From positions 32,001 to 96,000 of the forward strand of contig JBHLMQ010000001.1 of the NCBI GenBank assembly GCA_048938005.1: a stretch of DNA of 64,000 nucleotides, in the 5' to 3' direction. The notes below the pieces were generated by a model. The model made no database searches. It worked only from the letters and a program-made list of their open reading frames with translations, and was not told the DNA's origin. Each line of letters begins with the position of its first letter. Position 1 is the stretch's first letter. Made by a program: the position numbers and the translations under genes. This DNA comes from Promethearchaeota archaeon (GTDB lineage Archaea; Asgardarchaeota; Lokiarchaeia; Sigyniarchaeales; SOKP01). Positions 1 through 10,786 of the stretch are shown here, piece by piece.

Positions 1-395
1 AAGTAATATTAGAAAATGCCATTTGGATTTCTGAAAATTTGAAAAAAAGCGGGAAAAAAATGTGGATTAGGACTCCGCTTATCCCCCATTATACTGCCAC
101 TGATGAAAATGTTAGAGGAATAGGGGAATTCATTGTAAATAAATTAGATAATTTCCCTGAAAGATGGGATCTTCTTTCATTTAATAATCTTTGTATCTCA
201 AAATATGAGAGATTAGATATGGAATGGGTTTTAAAAGATGAGCCTTTAATGAATGATAGAGAAGTAGAATATTTTTTCAACATTGCAGAATCCACAGGGG
301 TTAAAAATCCTCATTGGTCTGGACTAACAAAGAGAATAGATAATGATAAAAAAGGTACCAAGGAAATTAAAGAATCAAAATTACAATCTTGTTAA
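1..395 (+). CDS. Glycyl-radical enzyme activating protein (radical SAM), C-terminal part; 5' truncated by window edge
   Basis: Frame is open from window start (VILENAIWISENLKK...). WIRTPLIPHYTATDENVRGIGEF and LLSFNNLCISKYERL resemble the PflA-family C-terminus. Confidence 0.75.
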   Translation, partial: VILENAIWISENLKKSGKKMWIRTPLIPHYTATDENVRGIGEFIVNKLDNFPERWDLLSFNNLCISKYERLDMEWVLKDEPLMNDREVEYFFNIAESTGVKNPHWSGLTKRIDNDKKGTKEIKESKLQSC

Positions 396-439
396 TTATA
401 TAATTGAAAGTTTATATCAAATAGATAAATGTATAAATT

Positions 440-1318
440 ATGAATGGAAGTAATAATAACCTTGGTTGGAGATCTGAGTTTTCAGACGAACTTATTGAAT
501 TTACCCAACCAGATATAATGGTAAAATTAATATCAACAATAGATTCGCGTGGTTTGCCACATATTACGATGATTACTTCAAATCGGGCGATAAGTAATGA
601 TCAAATTGTATGGGGACAATTCTTTGCAGGTACTAGTAAGGAAAATGTACAGATAAATCCAAAACAAGGAATTTTTTATATGAATGCGGAACCACCATTC
701 AAGTTCCTCCAAGTAAAAGCCGATTTTATTCATACTAAAACTGAAGGAGAAGACCTTGAATATTTTAATCAAACAGAATTAATGCGGTATTTTACAGTTG
801 TCAACGTTTATAAAGTCTTTTACAATAAAGTTATTGCTGTGACTCCTATTAGAGATTTACCGCCTGGTGGTGTTCCAAAAAAAATTATTAAAGCTATTCT
901 AAAAGAAGCAAAAACCAATTTAGAAGAGAAACGATTAAATGTTATAGGATATAAATTATTTACAGATAAAATAGGTGTAAGAGCAATATCATATATCGAT
1001 CCATCTGATGGATATCCTGTAATTATTCCACATCTTCAATTAAATGCTGTTGATCATAATAGACTCTATTTCCCATTGACAGCATTAAAGGAAGATTTTT
1101 TAAAGATTCCTGTTAATTCAAAAGTAGCTGTTATTGGCGCTAATTTCGATATGGCTAGCCAAGTAGTAAAAGGAACGTTTACAGGTATTCAAAAACTCGA
1201 AAATATTGAGTATGGATTAATAGATATTGAAGAAATCTATAATAGTTCTCCTCCTATTACTGGTAAAATTTACCCTGAAATTGAAACAAGACCTAAGGTT
1301 AATAAATTTACACTTTAA
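440..1318 (+). CDS. Pyridoxamine 5'-phosphate oxidase-like (tandem FMN-binding split barrel) protein
   Basis: KLISTIDSRGLPHIT and a second repeat AISYIDPSDGYPVIIP; SKENVQINPK. Confidence 0.7.
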   Translation: MNGSNNNLGWRSEFSDELIEFTQPDIMVKLISTIDSRGLPHITMITSNRAISNDQIVWGQFFAGTSKENVQINPKQGIFYMNAEPPFKFLQVKADFIHTKTEGEDLEYFNQTELMRYFTVVNVYKVFYNKVIAVTPIRDLPPGGVPKKIIKAILKEAKTNLEEKRLNVIGYKLFTDKIGVRAISYIDPSDGYPVIIPHLQLNAVDHNRLYFPLTALKEDFLKIPVNSKVAVIGANFDMASQVVKGTFTGIQKLENIEYGLIDIEEIYNSSPPITGKIYPEIETRPKVNKFTL

Positions 1319-1391
1319 ATTTTTTCTCAATCATTGAAGAATTTAAACTAACAAACGAAGAAAATATTGAATATCACTTTATTGAATAAAA

Positions 1392-2090
1392 ATGTTTAGA
1401 TATCAAGATTTCGGGCTGAAAAAAGATAATTTATATGAAATTATAGCTACTACTTATTCTATTAATGAAGATGGTAAAGAAATTAAACCTAATGCCTCAT
1501 GTATGGGTATTAGAATGATAGAGGGAGAGCATATACAAATATCACCTTTCTATAGCACTACTACGTATAAAAATTTGAAAGAATATAGTGTAATTGCAAT
1601 TAATTTCGTTAATGATGTTTATTTTTATGCTCTCGCAGCTTTAAAAGAACCAGATTCTCCTATTGGTTTGATAAATTTTCCTACAAAATATTATGATTTT
1701 AAATATTTAGAATCTCGTGCGATGGATGTACCTTATATAAAGAAAGCATGGGGAATAATAATAGGCGAAGTTTCACAAGAATTACAGAAAACTAAAAAAG
1801 ATGATTTAGGAGAAGTTATTATACCAATATTTAAATTAAATGTTATTTTCTCTGAAAAATTTCAAGAATCTTATAAGTTATTTAATAGAGCAGATAATCT
1901 AGCTTTAGAAACCATTATTTTAGCAACTCGGTTAAAAATTGCAAAAGAAAACCAAAAACAACTACTATTTTCTAAAATCCACAAAAAAATTATGAATTAT
2001 ATAGAGAATATTAAAAGATTTGGGAAAAATGAAAAAGCACTTAATACTATCGAATTAGTAAATAAATATGTTAATAATTTAACAACTTAA
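1392..2090 (+). CDS. DUF447 family protein
   Basis: YEIIATT...PNASCMGI, TTYKNL and FNRADNLALETII motifs; adjacent to methanopterin genes. Confidence 0.75.
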   Translation: MFRYQDFGLKKDNLYEIIATTYSINEDGKEIKPNASCMGIRMIEGEHIQISPFYSTTTYKNLKEYSVIAINFVNDVYFYALAALKEPDSPIGLINFPTKYYDFKYLESRAMDVPYIKKAWGIIIGEVSQELQKTKKDDLGEVIIPIFKLNVIFSEKFQESYKLFNRADNLALETIILATRLKIAKENQKQLLFSKIHKKIMNYIENIKRFGKNEKALNTIELVNKYVNNLTT

Positions 2091-2482
2091 CTTTTTTCAC
2101 GAATTTTTTCAATGAACATTAGTGGATATTCCAATTCATCGATCCATTCTACTTTTGCGACCACTTGTACTGATTCATACTCAATAATTACTTCCGCTTT
2201 GATAATTTTACCGGAAATTTCATCATAATCGAATTCTGATTCTTTTCCACCTACAATTTTTTCTTTATCTAAACGAATTTTTACAGATTTTACAAATGGT
2301 TGGCATGAAATAGCTGATTCAATTCCTGATTCTATAGAATTAATTATATTTTCATTATTTTTAACAGGAATTCCGCTAAGGATATGATATAATGCACCTA
2401 GTTTAATACCTGTCTCAAAACAAGCTCTTTCTCTCTCAGTTAAATCAGGTGAGAAATATATCTTTTCATTACTTTTTGGCAT
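2087..2482 (-). CDS. mptD: Archaeal dihydroneopterin aldolase
   Basis: RERACFETGIKLGALYH, AISCQPFV and YPLMFI motifs. Confidence 0.85.
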   Translation of the reverse strand: MPKSNEKIYFSPDLTERERACFETGIKLGALYHILSGIPVKNNENIINSIESGIESAISCQPFVKSVKIRLDKEKIVGGKESEFDYDEISGKIIKAEVIIEYESVQVVAKVEWIDELEYPLMFIEKIREKS

Positions 2483-2488
2483 ATATTT

Positions 2489-3499
2489 TCAATCTATATA
2501 TTCTAATTTTGCTCCACAATTGTTAGGTTTACAAATATAGATATGGCCTCCATGATGTTTTTGATTCTTTTGAACTTCTTTTAATATTTTTTCTGCTTCT
2601 GAGACCGATTCTACAACTCCAAAAACACTTGGTCCAAATGATGACATTCCATATGCTTTTAGCCCACAATTCTCAAAAAAATTTAGTAGATCTTTAACTA
2701 CCTGATGCTGCAACCCTATCTCGATTTTTTTAAATCCTATACTCTGAATTCTTTTTATTCCTTCTCCAAAGCACAATAAATCATTTTTAATGATTCCAGG
2801 TAAAATCTTCATTATAACTTGATGTGAAACTTCATTTACTTCACTTCTAGGAATCGGGGCATAATTTTGAAATACACTGATTTCCTCGTCACCATAAGCA
2901 CCTTTCTTTACATTAGGAATAACAAGGATAAATCTCCAACTTTCAGGTATTTCATGTCTAACTATAGTTAAGGCAGGATTAGCTGAAGTTGACGCTGATG
3001 ATGGTAAAAAAGTTTCTTTTTCTTTCCCTTTTCCAAAATCATGTCCTCCATCTAAAATAAATCCACCTGTTTTAAAACCTTTCCATCCAATTCCAGATGT
3101 TCCGCCCCTTTCAACTAATTTAGTTAGGTCTTTATGAGTTAAATGATTAATATTTTTCAATTTCGTTATAGCTGTAGCTATAGCTAAGGATAATTGAGTT
3201 TTTGAACCCAATCCTACGTGTGAGGGAAAATATCTTTTAAGATTAAAATGAAAATTCTTATTACTAATATTATATCTTTTAAATACCTTAGAAGCTATTT
3301 CATTGATAACTTCAATTGATTCTCGATAATACTTATTAGCTTCAATTTTAAATTCTTTAGCATTATTAGAAGCTTCAAAGACCACATTAGGTCGATCTAA
3401 CATAAGACCAATTCCGCCATCCACTCTACCAGTGTATCCATTCTCGTCTATTAATGAAAGGTGAATGCGGCAAGGGGTTGTTATTCTTAAAGAAGTCAT
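2489..3499 (-). CDS. mptG: Beta-ribofuranosylaminobenzene 5'-phosphate synthase (GHMP family)
   Basis: TPCRIHLSLID, HVGLGSKTQL, RGGTSGIG...GGFILDGGH and GMSSFGP motifs. Confidence 0.9.
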   Translation of the reverse strand: MTSLRITTPCRIHLSLIDENGYTGRVDGGIGLMLDRPNVVFEASNNAKEFKIEANKYYRESIEVINEIASKVFKRYNISNKNFHFNLKRYFPSHVGLGSKTQLSLAIATAITKLKNINHLTHKDLTKLVERGGTSGIGWKGFKTGGFILDGGHDFGKGKEKETFLPSSASTSANPALTIVRHEIPESWRFILVIPNVKKGAYGDEEISVFQNYAPIPRSEVNEVSHQVIMKILPGIIKNDLLCFGEGIKRIQSIGFKKIEIGLQHQVVKDLLNFFENCGLKAYGMSSFGPSVFGVVESVSEAEKILKEVQKNQKHHGGHIYICKPNNCGAKLEYID

Positions 3500-3613
3500 A
3501 TTTATCTATTTAAAAAAGGAACTGTCAACTATAAATAAGAATTTTCAAAATAATTTAAATGTATTATATACTTTTATTCATAGTTTTTAGTGATTTAGAA
3601 GGATTGGTACAAT

Positions 3614-4999
3614 ATGAGCGATTTAGAAGGATTGACTAGAAATTTAATAAAAAAAGGATATTCTAAGCGACAGATTCTTGAAAGAATAGTACAAGAATAT
3701 CATGATTTCAAAGAGATTGATAATGGCTTAGCAATTAAATTAGCTAAAGCAATCTTAGATGAATGCATAAAAAGTGATATTAATTCTATATCAGAGCCTT
3801 TTGTAAAAGAATTATTGGATATCAATAATGCTAATGTCTCAGTAGGAAAACAAGGTGTTGGATGTAGGGGCGCTGGAGATTTTTTTGTTCATAAATTAAT
3901 CACAGAATTATCAGAAACAGATTATAAAGCTTTTTTATCACCAACATCATTAGACGATGCGGGAGCAGTTCGTATACATGATATTATGGGATATAAAAAT
4001 CAGCCATTTAAACATGAAGATTTAATAATTGTATCAAAAATGGAAGGAATTCATTCTCGTCTTAGTGATTTCCCATTCATATGTGGATTTCATGTAACTC
4101 GAGCTGCTTTAAGAGATTTATATGTTAAGGGAGCAAAACCTATTTCGATAATGATTGATATTCATCTGGGAGATGACGCAGATGTTGGTAAATTGTTTGA
4201 TTTTATAGCGGGGGTATCAACAGTTTCTGATTTAGCTAGAGTGCCAATAACCGCTGGTTCAACTTTAAGAATTGGAGGTGACATGGTAATTGGCAATAGA
4301 TTAGTTGGTGGAATAAGTGCAGTAGGAGTTTGTAACAGGTTGCTAGCAAGGAGAAATATTCAGGTGGGAGATAAAATTTTAATGACTGAAGGAGCTGGAG
4401 GTGGAACAATTACTACTACTGCAATCTATTCTGGAAATCATAAAATCGCAAGAGAAACAATGAACATTAAATTCCTTGAAGCTTGTGAAATTATTTTAAA
4501 CTCAGATTACATGAATGAAATTAGAGCCATGTGCGATGTTACAAATGGAGGATTACGAGGAGATTTATATGAAATTAACTATGAGGCTAAATGTGGTGTT
4601 AATATTTATGAAGAAAAGGTTAGAAACCTTGTAAATCCAACCGTTTTAAATATGTTGGAAACTGTAGGAGTTGATTATTTAGGAGTTTCTTTAGATGCAC
4701 TTTTAATATATTGTTCTGAATCCATATCAGAAAAAATTATTGATGATCTTAAAAGAAATGGTATTAAATGTGATGAAATAGGGTATGTAGACGATTCAAA
4801 CCAAGTTTTTCTTACTTATAATGGTAAAGAAAAAAAAGAAATACTCCCAAAATTCAGAGAATCTGCTTACACTAAAATAAAACAAGAGATAGGAGAAGAA
4901 ACACCCGAATCTCTTGAAGAAATGGAAAAAAGTATTGAAAAAGCAGCTTCAGAAGCGTTAAATAAGCGAAAAAAGATAATTGAATATATCAAAAACTAA
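3614..4999 (+). CDS. AIR synthase-related (PurM-like) protein
   Basis: GVGCRGAGDFFVH, GIHSRLSDFPF, HVTRAALRD and DVTNGGLRGD motifs. Confidence 0.85.
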   Translation: MSDLEGLTRNLIKKGYSKRQILERIVQEYHDFKEIDNGLAIKLAKAILDECIKSDINSISEPFVKELLDINNANVSVGKQGVGCRGAGDFFVHKLITELSETDYKAFLSPTSLDDAGAVRIHDIMGYKNQPFKHEDLIIVSKMEGIHSRLSDFPFICGFHVTRAALRDLYVKGAKPISIMIDIHLGDDADVGKLFDFIAGVSTVSDLARVPITAGSTLRIGGDMVIGNRLVGGISAVGVCNRLLARRNIQVGDKILMTEGAGGGTITTTAIYSGNHKIARETMNIKFLEACEIILNSDYMNEIRAMCDVTNGGLRGDLYEINYEAKCGVNIYEEKVRNLVNPTVLNMLETVGVDYLGVSLDALLIYCSESISEKIIDDLKRNGIKCDEIGYVDDSNQVFLTYNGKEKKEILPKFRESAYTKIKQEIGEETPESLEEMEKSIEKAASEALNKRKKIIEYIKN

Positions 5000-5016
5000 A
5001 ATTTGTAAATATTATT

Positions 5017-5853
5017 TTAATTTAAATCTAAAACTTCATTCATTGAGCCTGATCTAAATCCTTCAATATCGACCGTGACATAAGTAAATCCAAGTTCTTT
5101 TAGTTTACTTCTAATTAATTCCATATTCTTTGCTGTTAAAACCTTAGTTAAATCCTCAGGTAAGAATTCGATACGGGCAAGACTCTCTTCATGTAGTCTT
5201 ACCCTTAATTGCTTTAAATTAAATGAATTTTTAAGGTATTTTTCTGCCTCTCTAATCATATTTAACTTTCTTTCATTTATAGTTTGACCATAAGGAATTC
5301 TAGATGAAAAGCAAGCCATTGATGGCTTGGATTGAACATCTAGATCATAATATTTACTAATCTCTCTTATTCCATTTTTGTTTATATTATAATCAATGTA
5401 AGGTGTAGAAATTTTTAATTCCTTTAAAGCTTGCATTCCTGGCCTATAATCCGAAAGATCATCGGCATTTGAACCATCTAAGATAATATCAAAATTTTTT
5501 GAATTTTTAATCTCAATTATATCATTATATAACCCAGTTTTACAAATATAACATCTATTTGAAGGATTACATTGAAATTCTTCATCTTTTAAGGGATTTC
5601 GTTCAATAATCATATGATTTATTCCATATTTTTTAGCAAATTGAGAAGCTACTTCAATTTCTTCTTCAGGATATAAAATTGAACGTTCAGTTATAAGTAG
5701 TGAATCTTCTGCGTATCTTTTTGAAAGAAATGCTAAAAGTGAACTATCTACACCCCCGGAAAAAGCTACTATAACCTTTTTTCCTTTTAAAAAAGATATA
5801 AGCTGTTTAAGTTTAAGATTAAGATTCTTTGATAGTTCCATAATCATTCTCAA
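5017..5853 (-). CDS. larE: ATP-dependent sacrificial sulfur transferase LarE family
   Basis: PP-loop AFSGGVDS, RCYICK, DYRPG, ACFSSRIPYG and GFRSGSMN motifs. Confidence 0.9.
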   Translation of the reverse strand: MRMIMELSKNLNLKLKQLISFLKGKKVIVAFSGGVDSSLLAFLSKRYAEDSLLITERSILYPEEEIEVASQFAKKYGINHMIIERNPLKDEEFQCNPSNRCYICKTGLYNDIIEIKNSKNFDIILDGSNADDLSDYRPGMQALKELKISTPYIDYNINKNGIREISKYYDLDVQSKPSMACFSSRIPYGQTINERKLNMIREAEKYLKNSFNLKQLRVRLHEESLARIEFLPEDLTKVLTAKNMELIRSKLKELGFTYVTVDIEGFRSGSMNEVLDLN

Positions 5854-5948
5854 TATTTATTTAATAATGTTTAAAATTAAATAATTCTTCAACACAGACA
5901 ATTTAAAAAAAGAAAAAAAAAAAATTTTTTGATTATTTTTGAAAACTA

Positions 5949-7235
5949 TTAATAAAAATTTGCTTTTAATTTCTGAAGCTTACTTATTTTGTAAAAATTA
6001 GCAATCATGGTGCCAAAGATCGCAATTATTATTCCAATAATAACCCAAAAATAAATAATATAAGCTAAATTGTTGATATCATATGGAATTGGTTCAGTGA
6101 TTAATCCCCCTGAAAACAGAGAAATTGGAAACATTGTTGGATTATTTAGTAGTACTAAGAAGATTGGGATATATGCTAGTGAATAAAGCGCTTCAATTAC
6201 TAACATTACCTGTTGCCCGGTGTAATTTCTTACTCCAAGAATCAATCGAATCAAGTTAATTAAACCACTGATGATTATTAACAATCCGAATACCTTTAAC
6301 CAATCTAAGAATTCAACATCAAATACTCCTGGAATTCCAGCAAACGGTTGTATTATAATAAATAATCCAAATATTATTCCGGCAATAGCACCAAAGATCA
6401 ATTCACCGATTGTAACTGGCTGCTTTTTTTTTAATTCTCTTTTGATCTTTGCTGCTTCTTTTCTTTCTTCCCTACGTTGTTTTGCCCTTTCTAATCTTTC
6501 TTCTCTACGCATTCTTGCCTCCAATAATTTTTGTTCTCTACGTAATTCTGCTGCAGCTAATCTCTCTCGTCTAAGATCTTTAATTTCAGTTAATTTCTCT
6601 TCTATGCGTATTCGTGCTCCAGCAATCTTTTCTTTAGCTTTTTGCCTTGCTTCTTCTAGTTTAATTTTAGTATATTCTTTAGTTTCTTGATATCCTTTTT
6701 CTGATATGTGGAAAGGAAATATTAAAGCCAATCGTGAAGGAATTACTCCGAAGTCCTCAGGTAAAAATCCCTCCATGGAAAAATAGACAAAAACAACTGT
6801 TATTATAATGGCAGTTATCAAACAACCAATCCACATACCTGTAAACATACCACCTAAAACTTCCCACCATGGTTCTAAGAAAAATTGGAAAATTGAAACA
6901 ATAACGGTTATTGCTATAACAATAATGAAGAATAAAAACATTGTTCTTAAGTAAAAGTCAAAAAGTTCTTCTGTTATGTATAGTTTTGGTGTACCCCGAC
7001 GTTTGTATAGTTTAGCAATACTTTCTGGAGATCCAATTTGGAATAAGGCTTGCTGTATATCAGCATCAGTAGGTTCTTGTCCTTCCGAAACAATTCTAGC
7101 TTCATTAAATATCTGATTTTCCAAATCTTTTAAAATTTTATCAACTTCTTCTTGCTTTGGTTTTAACCATTCAGGAAATTTTTTCCGTACTTGAGAAAGA
7201 TAATTATTAATCATTTCATTTTCAGAATAGCTCAT
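5949..7235 (-). CDS. Membrane protein with N-terminal HAAS-like domain and a charged helical insertion
   Basis: INNYLSQVRKKFP...IGSPESIAKLY N-terminus, about 6 TM segments and an E/R/K-rich segment. Confidence 0.65.
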   Translation of the reverse strand: MSYSENEMINNYLSQVRKKFPEWLKPKQEEVDKILKDLENQIFNEARIVSEGQEPTDADIQQALFQIGSPESIAKLYKRRGTPKLYITEELFDFYLRTMFLFFIIVIAITVIVSIFQFFLEPWWEVLGGMFTGMWIGCLITAIIITVVFVYFSMEGFLPEDFGVIPSRLALIFPFHISEKGYQETKEYTKIKLEEARQKAKEKIAGARIRIEEKLTEIKDLRRERLAAAELRREQKLLEARMRREERLERAKQRREERKEAAKIKRELKKKQPVTIGELIFGAIAGIIFGLFIIIQPFAGIPGVFDVEFLDWLKVFGLLIIISGLINLIRLILGVRNYTGQQVMLVIEALYSLAYIPIFLVLLNNPTMFPISLFSGGLITEPIPYDINNLAYIIYFWVIIGIIIAIFGTMIANFYKISKLQKLKANFY

Positions 7236-7437
7236 TTATAATCCTTCAATTTTTTAGTTAAAAATATAAACATTTTTTTTAATATTGATAATTTAAATTA
7301 ACCTTAAGAATTTATTAAAACTAATGGGGTCCATTTTTCAATTGAATTAATCATCTCTTGCAATAATAGAAAAGGTGAATTAATAACTGTCTCTATTGTA
7401 ATTAATTTTATATATATATGAAATAATAATAAATACT

Positions 7438-7566
7438 ATGGAAAAAAAGAATATGATGATAATCGGAATAATTGCTGCGATAGTAATTGTTGTAATTGTG
7501 ATTGTGCTCGTTGTCACGCTTGGCGGTGGTGGTGGCGGTGGTGGTGGCGGTGGTGGCTTCTTTTAA
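7438..7566 (+). CDS. Unannotated 42-aa single-TM micropeptide with a Gly12-Phe-Phe tail
   Basis: Translates to MEKKNMMIIGIIAAIVIVVIVIVLVVTLGGGGGGGGGGGGFF*. An AT-rich TATA-like sequence lies about 25-30 nt upstream. Confidence 0.65.
   Translation: MEKKNMMIIGIIAAIVIVVIVIVLVVTLGGGGGGGGGGGGFF
7522..7557 (+). repeat. (GGY)12 repeat; 12-bp unit GGCGGTGGTGGY x3, encoding poly-Gly
   Basis: Read directly from the sequence. Confidence 0.9.
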
Positions 7567-7921
7567 CTTTAGGTTATAATTGAAAAAAGATAATGTTAAT
7601 ATTGAAGAAATTCAAATATCTATCAAAATATGTTGAACTAATCCAATTCGTCGTATAAACAAATTACCATTAATTTCCCATGAAAATAAGGGAATTAAAA
7701 TAATTCCTAATTAAAAGGGATATTTAATAATATTTAGAGTAATTACTTTTTGTTTAAAGGAAGTAATTAGGCTTATTTAATTTATATTTAAGATTTATTG
7801 ATTATTCTATTGTTAATATATGATTGTTTTAGATTATTGATTATTAGATAATAAAATGAAGATTTCGATTATAAGCTAAAAATTATTATCAAATAACTTG
7901 GAAACAAATATGAGAAAAAAA

Positions 7922-8701
7922 TCACCATTTAAAATTGGGATTGAAAAAGAGTAGTGTATTTAACTTTTGCAGAGTGATAAAAACTATAACATAATACCAC
8001 ACAAGTGAAGTAAACAACAAAATCCATTCAAGAAACTGCCTTGTTAATGGTGCTGGACATATTAAATACATTATAGAAGCTGTTGATGGACCGAATATCA
8101 TGAAGTATCCAATTGTTTTTGGGAATATTCTTCTTCTTAATACTATTGCAAAGCCTGTGAAAAAAGCACCAATTGCGAATCCAGTAAATGCAGATGTAGC
8201 GAAATAGAAATGTAACTCAAATGGATTAAAATCCAAAGTAAATATTCCTACAAAAAACATACCTATAACTCCAATAAAAAGAAAACCTACTCCAGTATAT
8301 CCAAATATTCTTCTAAACAAAATAATATAATGCTCTCTTTTTGAATTATCTAATTTATGATTTTGATGTGAACTATACAATCGACTTAAATTTAAAATTA
8401 AAGGAACAATGAAAATTGCACTAAAAATGCATGTTAAATCTAAAATTAAAGGAGCAGGTGTATATTTAATAGAACCTAAATCACTTACCCAATTATACCA
8501 TAAATTATAATCAAGAGAACCAAAATTTATAGCAATTATTATTCCTAAGATTAATCCCGGTAAAAATGTGAATACACTAATGTAAATAGAGATTTTAACA
8601 ATTTTAGGCTCCGTAAGCTTATCATAAATATATTTTCCGTTTTTTTTCAATTTTATCAAAAATGGATTCATAAATTCCATAGAAGAATTTTTTTGGCCCA
8701 T
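7922..8701 (-). CDS. DUF998-like membrane protein
   Basis: YNLWYNWVSDLG motif, multiple TM helices, conserved-looking His (ELHFY) and LEW. Confidence 0.65.
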   Translation of the reverse strand: MGQKNSSMEFMNPFLIKLKKNGKYIYDKLTEPKIVKISIYISVFTFLPGLILGIIIAINFGSLDYNLWYNWVSDLGSIKYTPAPLILDLTCIFSAIFIVPLILNLSRLYSSHQNHKLDNSKREHYIILFRRIFGYTGVGFLFIGVIGMFFVGIFTLDFNPFELHFYFATSAFTGFAIGAFFTGFAIVLRRRIFPKTIGYFMIFGPSTASIMYLICPAPLTRQFLEWILLFTSLVWYYVIVFITLQKLNTLLFFNPNFKW

Positions 8702-8921
8702 AATATTTTTTCCTTGTTATTATTTTATTAACATTTCACTAATATTAAATTTATTTATACCCAGAAACTGAATTCAAATTATTCTTAACCCGTCTCCTTA
8801 TTAATTTTATAGAGTATATCTATTTATTTGTTTACTTTTCGTTTAATTCCGTTTCTAAATATAATAATATAAATTGTCAAAAATTCTAATGATGATAGAA
8901 AAGAATTAAAAAACCTTAGGA

Positions 8922-10427
8922 TTAGAATATCAGTTTATTATATTTTGTCTCAGCATTATATCTAACCGTAATTGTTTGTCCAACCAGTTCTTGTTGTTCT
9001 AATTTCAAAAGGATATCTGGATCCGCATCAATATTAGCAAGAGTGCGCTCTCCGCTCTCTAAACGTCCCATTACAACACCTCTTTCGGGTAACCCATTTC
9101 GATCATAAATAATTGTATATGCTTCTATAGTAAGATTTCCATTGGCTTGTTCAATTGGTTCTGGCATGATTTTTGCTTCAATTATTTGCTGGATATCATC
9201 ACATTCATTTTCTTCCCATGATTTAGCAGGGAGTTCATTTCCATAAATTCCAAATGATTCTGCAGTATTATAACCGCCATTTGCTAATATCATTATTTTC
9301 ATCGACGGTTTTTTTTGGATGAGATTAACTGCTGTTACAATTGGATGCATAGCATAGCTACTGAAAGGTCCACCGAAAAAAGAAAGCCCTCCAGTTATAG
9401 TCAAATCTCGAGGATCATCTTCAGGAATCCCAATTTCTTTCCTAGCAATTTCAACCATACAAGGAAAACAACTATAGAGATCAAAAACATCAATTTGCTC
9501 AAGTTTGAGACCTGCTTGGTTTAATACTAGCCTTGATCCTTCTCTAATTGCTGGTGAATCATACAATATAGGACGCTGAGATAAATAGAAAATATTATTA
9601 AGATCTACACCTCCCATAGGGTATACCCAAAATTTTCGATCAATGTTAAGCTTCTTCGCAATATCTTCGTTTGTCATTACTAATGCCGCAGCTTGATCTA
9701 CATAAAGATTGGAAACCATTCGCTTAGTATATGGATGACATATGATGCGATTTTTTAAGCTAGGAGTGATAATTTCTTCAGAATTAAACCTATTCTTTTC
9801 CCAAGCATAAGGATTCTTAGAAGCGATAAGTGAGAATCGTTCATAGCGTTTACCTATATAGTCTAAGTGCTCTTTTAAATCTCTACCAGATGCTGCTCTT
9901 AAAGCGGTCTCGATTAAAGCGTATGTATATGGAGGATTCGTAAATTTATAATGATTTTCTAACTGGCTTAAATATGAATCAATTGCTTTTCGAGCTTTGC
10001 TTATAGTATTTGGGGATATTCTTGGCCAATCCAAAATAATTTCACCCTTATTAGCCCGATATCTAGAATAAGAAGATTCCCCTCCTGCAATGAGGATTGC
10101 ATTGCTCTCACCTAAGGAAATAGCTTTAGCAGCTTTATTAACTAATAATTGAGGTGTATTTCCACTTATACGAGCAGAATATTTTTGAGTGGGTTTAATA
10201 CCTAGAATATTACTAAGTTTACTTGGAGCATCCTCATAAATCCAGCTAGAAATAGTTGACATATATATAGTATCGATGATCTCTCGCAATCCTTCGCTTC
10301 CTGCATTAGAAAATGCATTCCGACACGCTTCTGCTATTAAATTAAGAGGATCAAGAGGTTCAACCACATTTTTTTGTTGAGTGATCTGAGCAGCCCCTAA
10401 TATGAGGGGTATGTTTTTTTGAGACAT
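8922..10427 (-). CDS. Acetyl-CoA acetyltransferase (thiolase-like) with C-terminal extension
   Basis: GNTPQLLV, VDQAAALV, DLYSCFP and GGLSFFGGP motifs. Confidence 0.85.
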   Translation of the reverse strand: MSQKNIPLILGAAQITQQKNVVEPLDPLNLIAEACRNAFSNAGSEGLREIIDTIYMSTISSWIYEDAPSKLSNILGIKPTQKYSARISGNTPQLLVNKAAKAISLGESNAILIAGGESSYSRYRANKGEIILDWPRISPNTISKARKAIDSYLSQLENHYKFTNPPYTYALIETALRAASGRDLKEHLDYIGKRYERFSLIASKNPYAWEKNRFNSEEIITPSLKNRIICHPYTKRMVSNLYVDQAAALVMTNEDIAKKLNIDRKFWVYPMGGVDLNNIFYLSQRPILYDSPAIREGSRLVLNQAGLKLEQIDVFDLYSCFPCMVEIARKEIGIPEDDPRDLTITGGLSFFGGPFSSYAMHPIVTAVNLIQKKPSMKIMILANGGYNTAESFGIYGNELPAKSWEENECDDIQQIIEAKIMPEPIEQANGNLTIEAYTIIYDRNGLPERGVVMGRLESGERTLANIDADPDILLKLEQQELVGQTITVRYNAETKYNKLIF

Positions 10428-10786
10428 ATTTAGATTTAACTTCTAATTCTAGAAAAATAGGTTTTAATTATTAAAAATTAGTAGATTTTTTCATTCTTGG
10501 TAAATAGTTTTGTTCCTTCTCCTAGTTCTTTATTGTAGTCTTTATAATAATTGAAATAATAGGTAAGGATATATAATCCACGAAAAATCACTAATAATAT
10601 CAAATTTGTCATAAAGATTTGTTCGAGATGTCGATATCCTAAATTATATAGTTCATAGAATATCATTATAATCCAATTAATCATAAACTTATATTGAGAT
10701 TAAATTATTAATAAAATTATCTGTAAATTCTTAAGAATCTGTTAATCTTTTATTTAGATAAAAATATTAAAATACGAATAACAAAA

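Noticed and set aside
6271-6690. Antisense and overlapping ORFs in the track (e.g. 6271-6690, 28751-29125, 52015-52380, 54193-54588, 63022-63522)
   Set aside because: They are shadows of well-supported genes on the opposite strand, with no independent motifs.
10478-10684. 68-aa minus-strand ORF
   Set aside because: AT-rich, no recognisable motif; probably spurious, although a small membrane peptide cannot be excluded.
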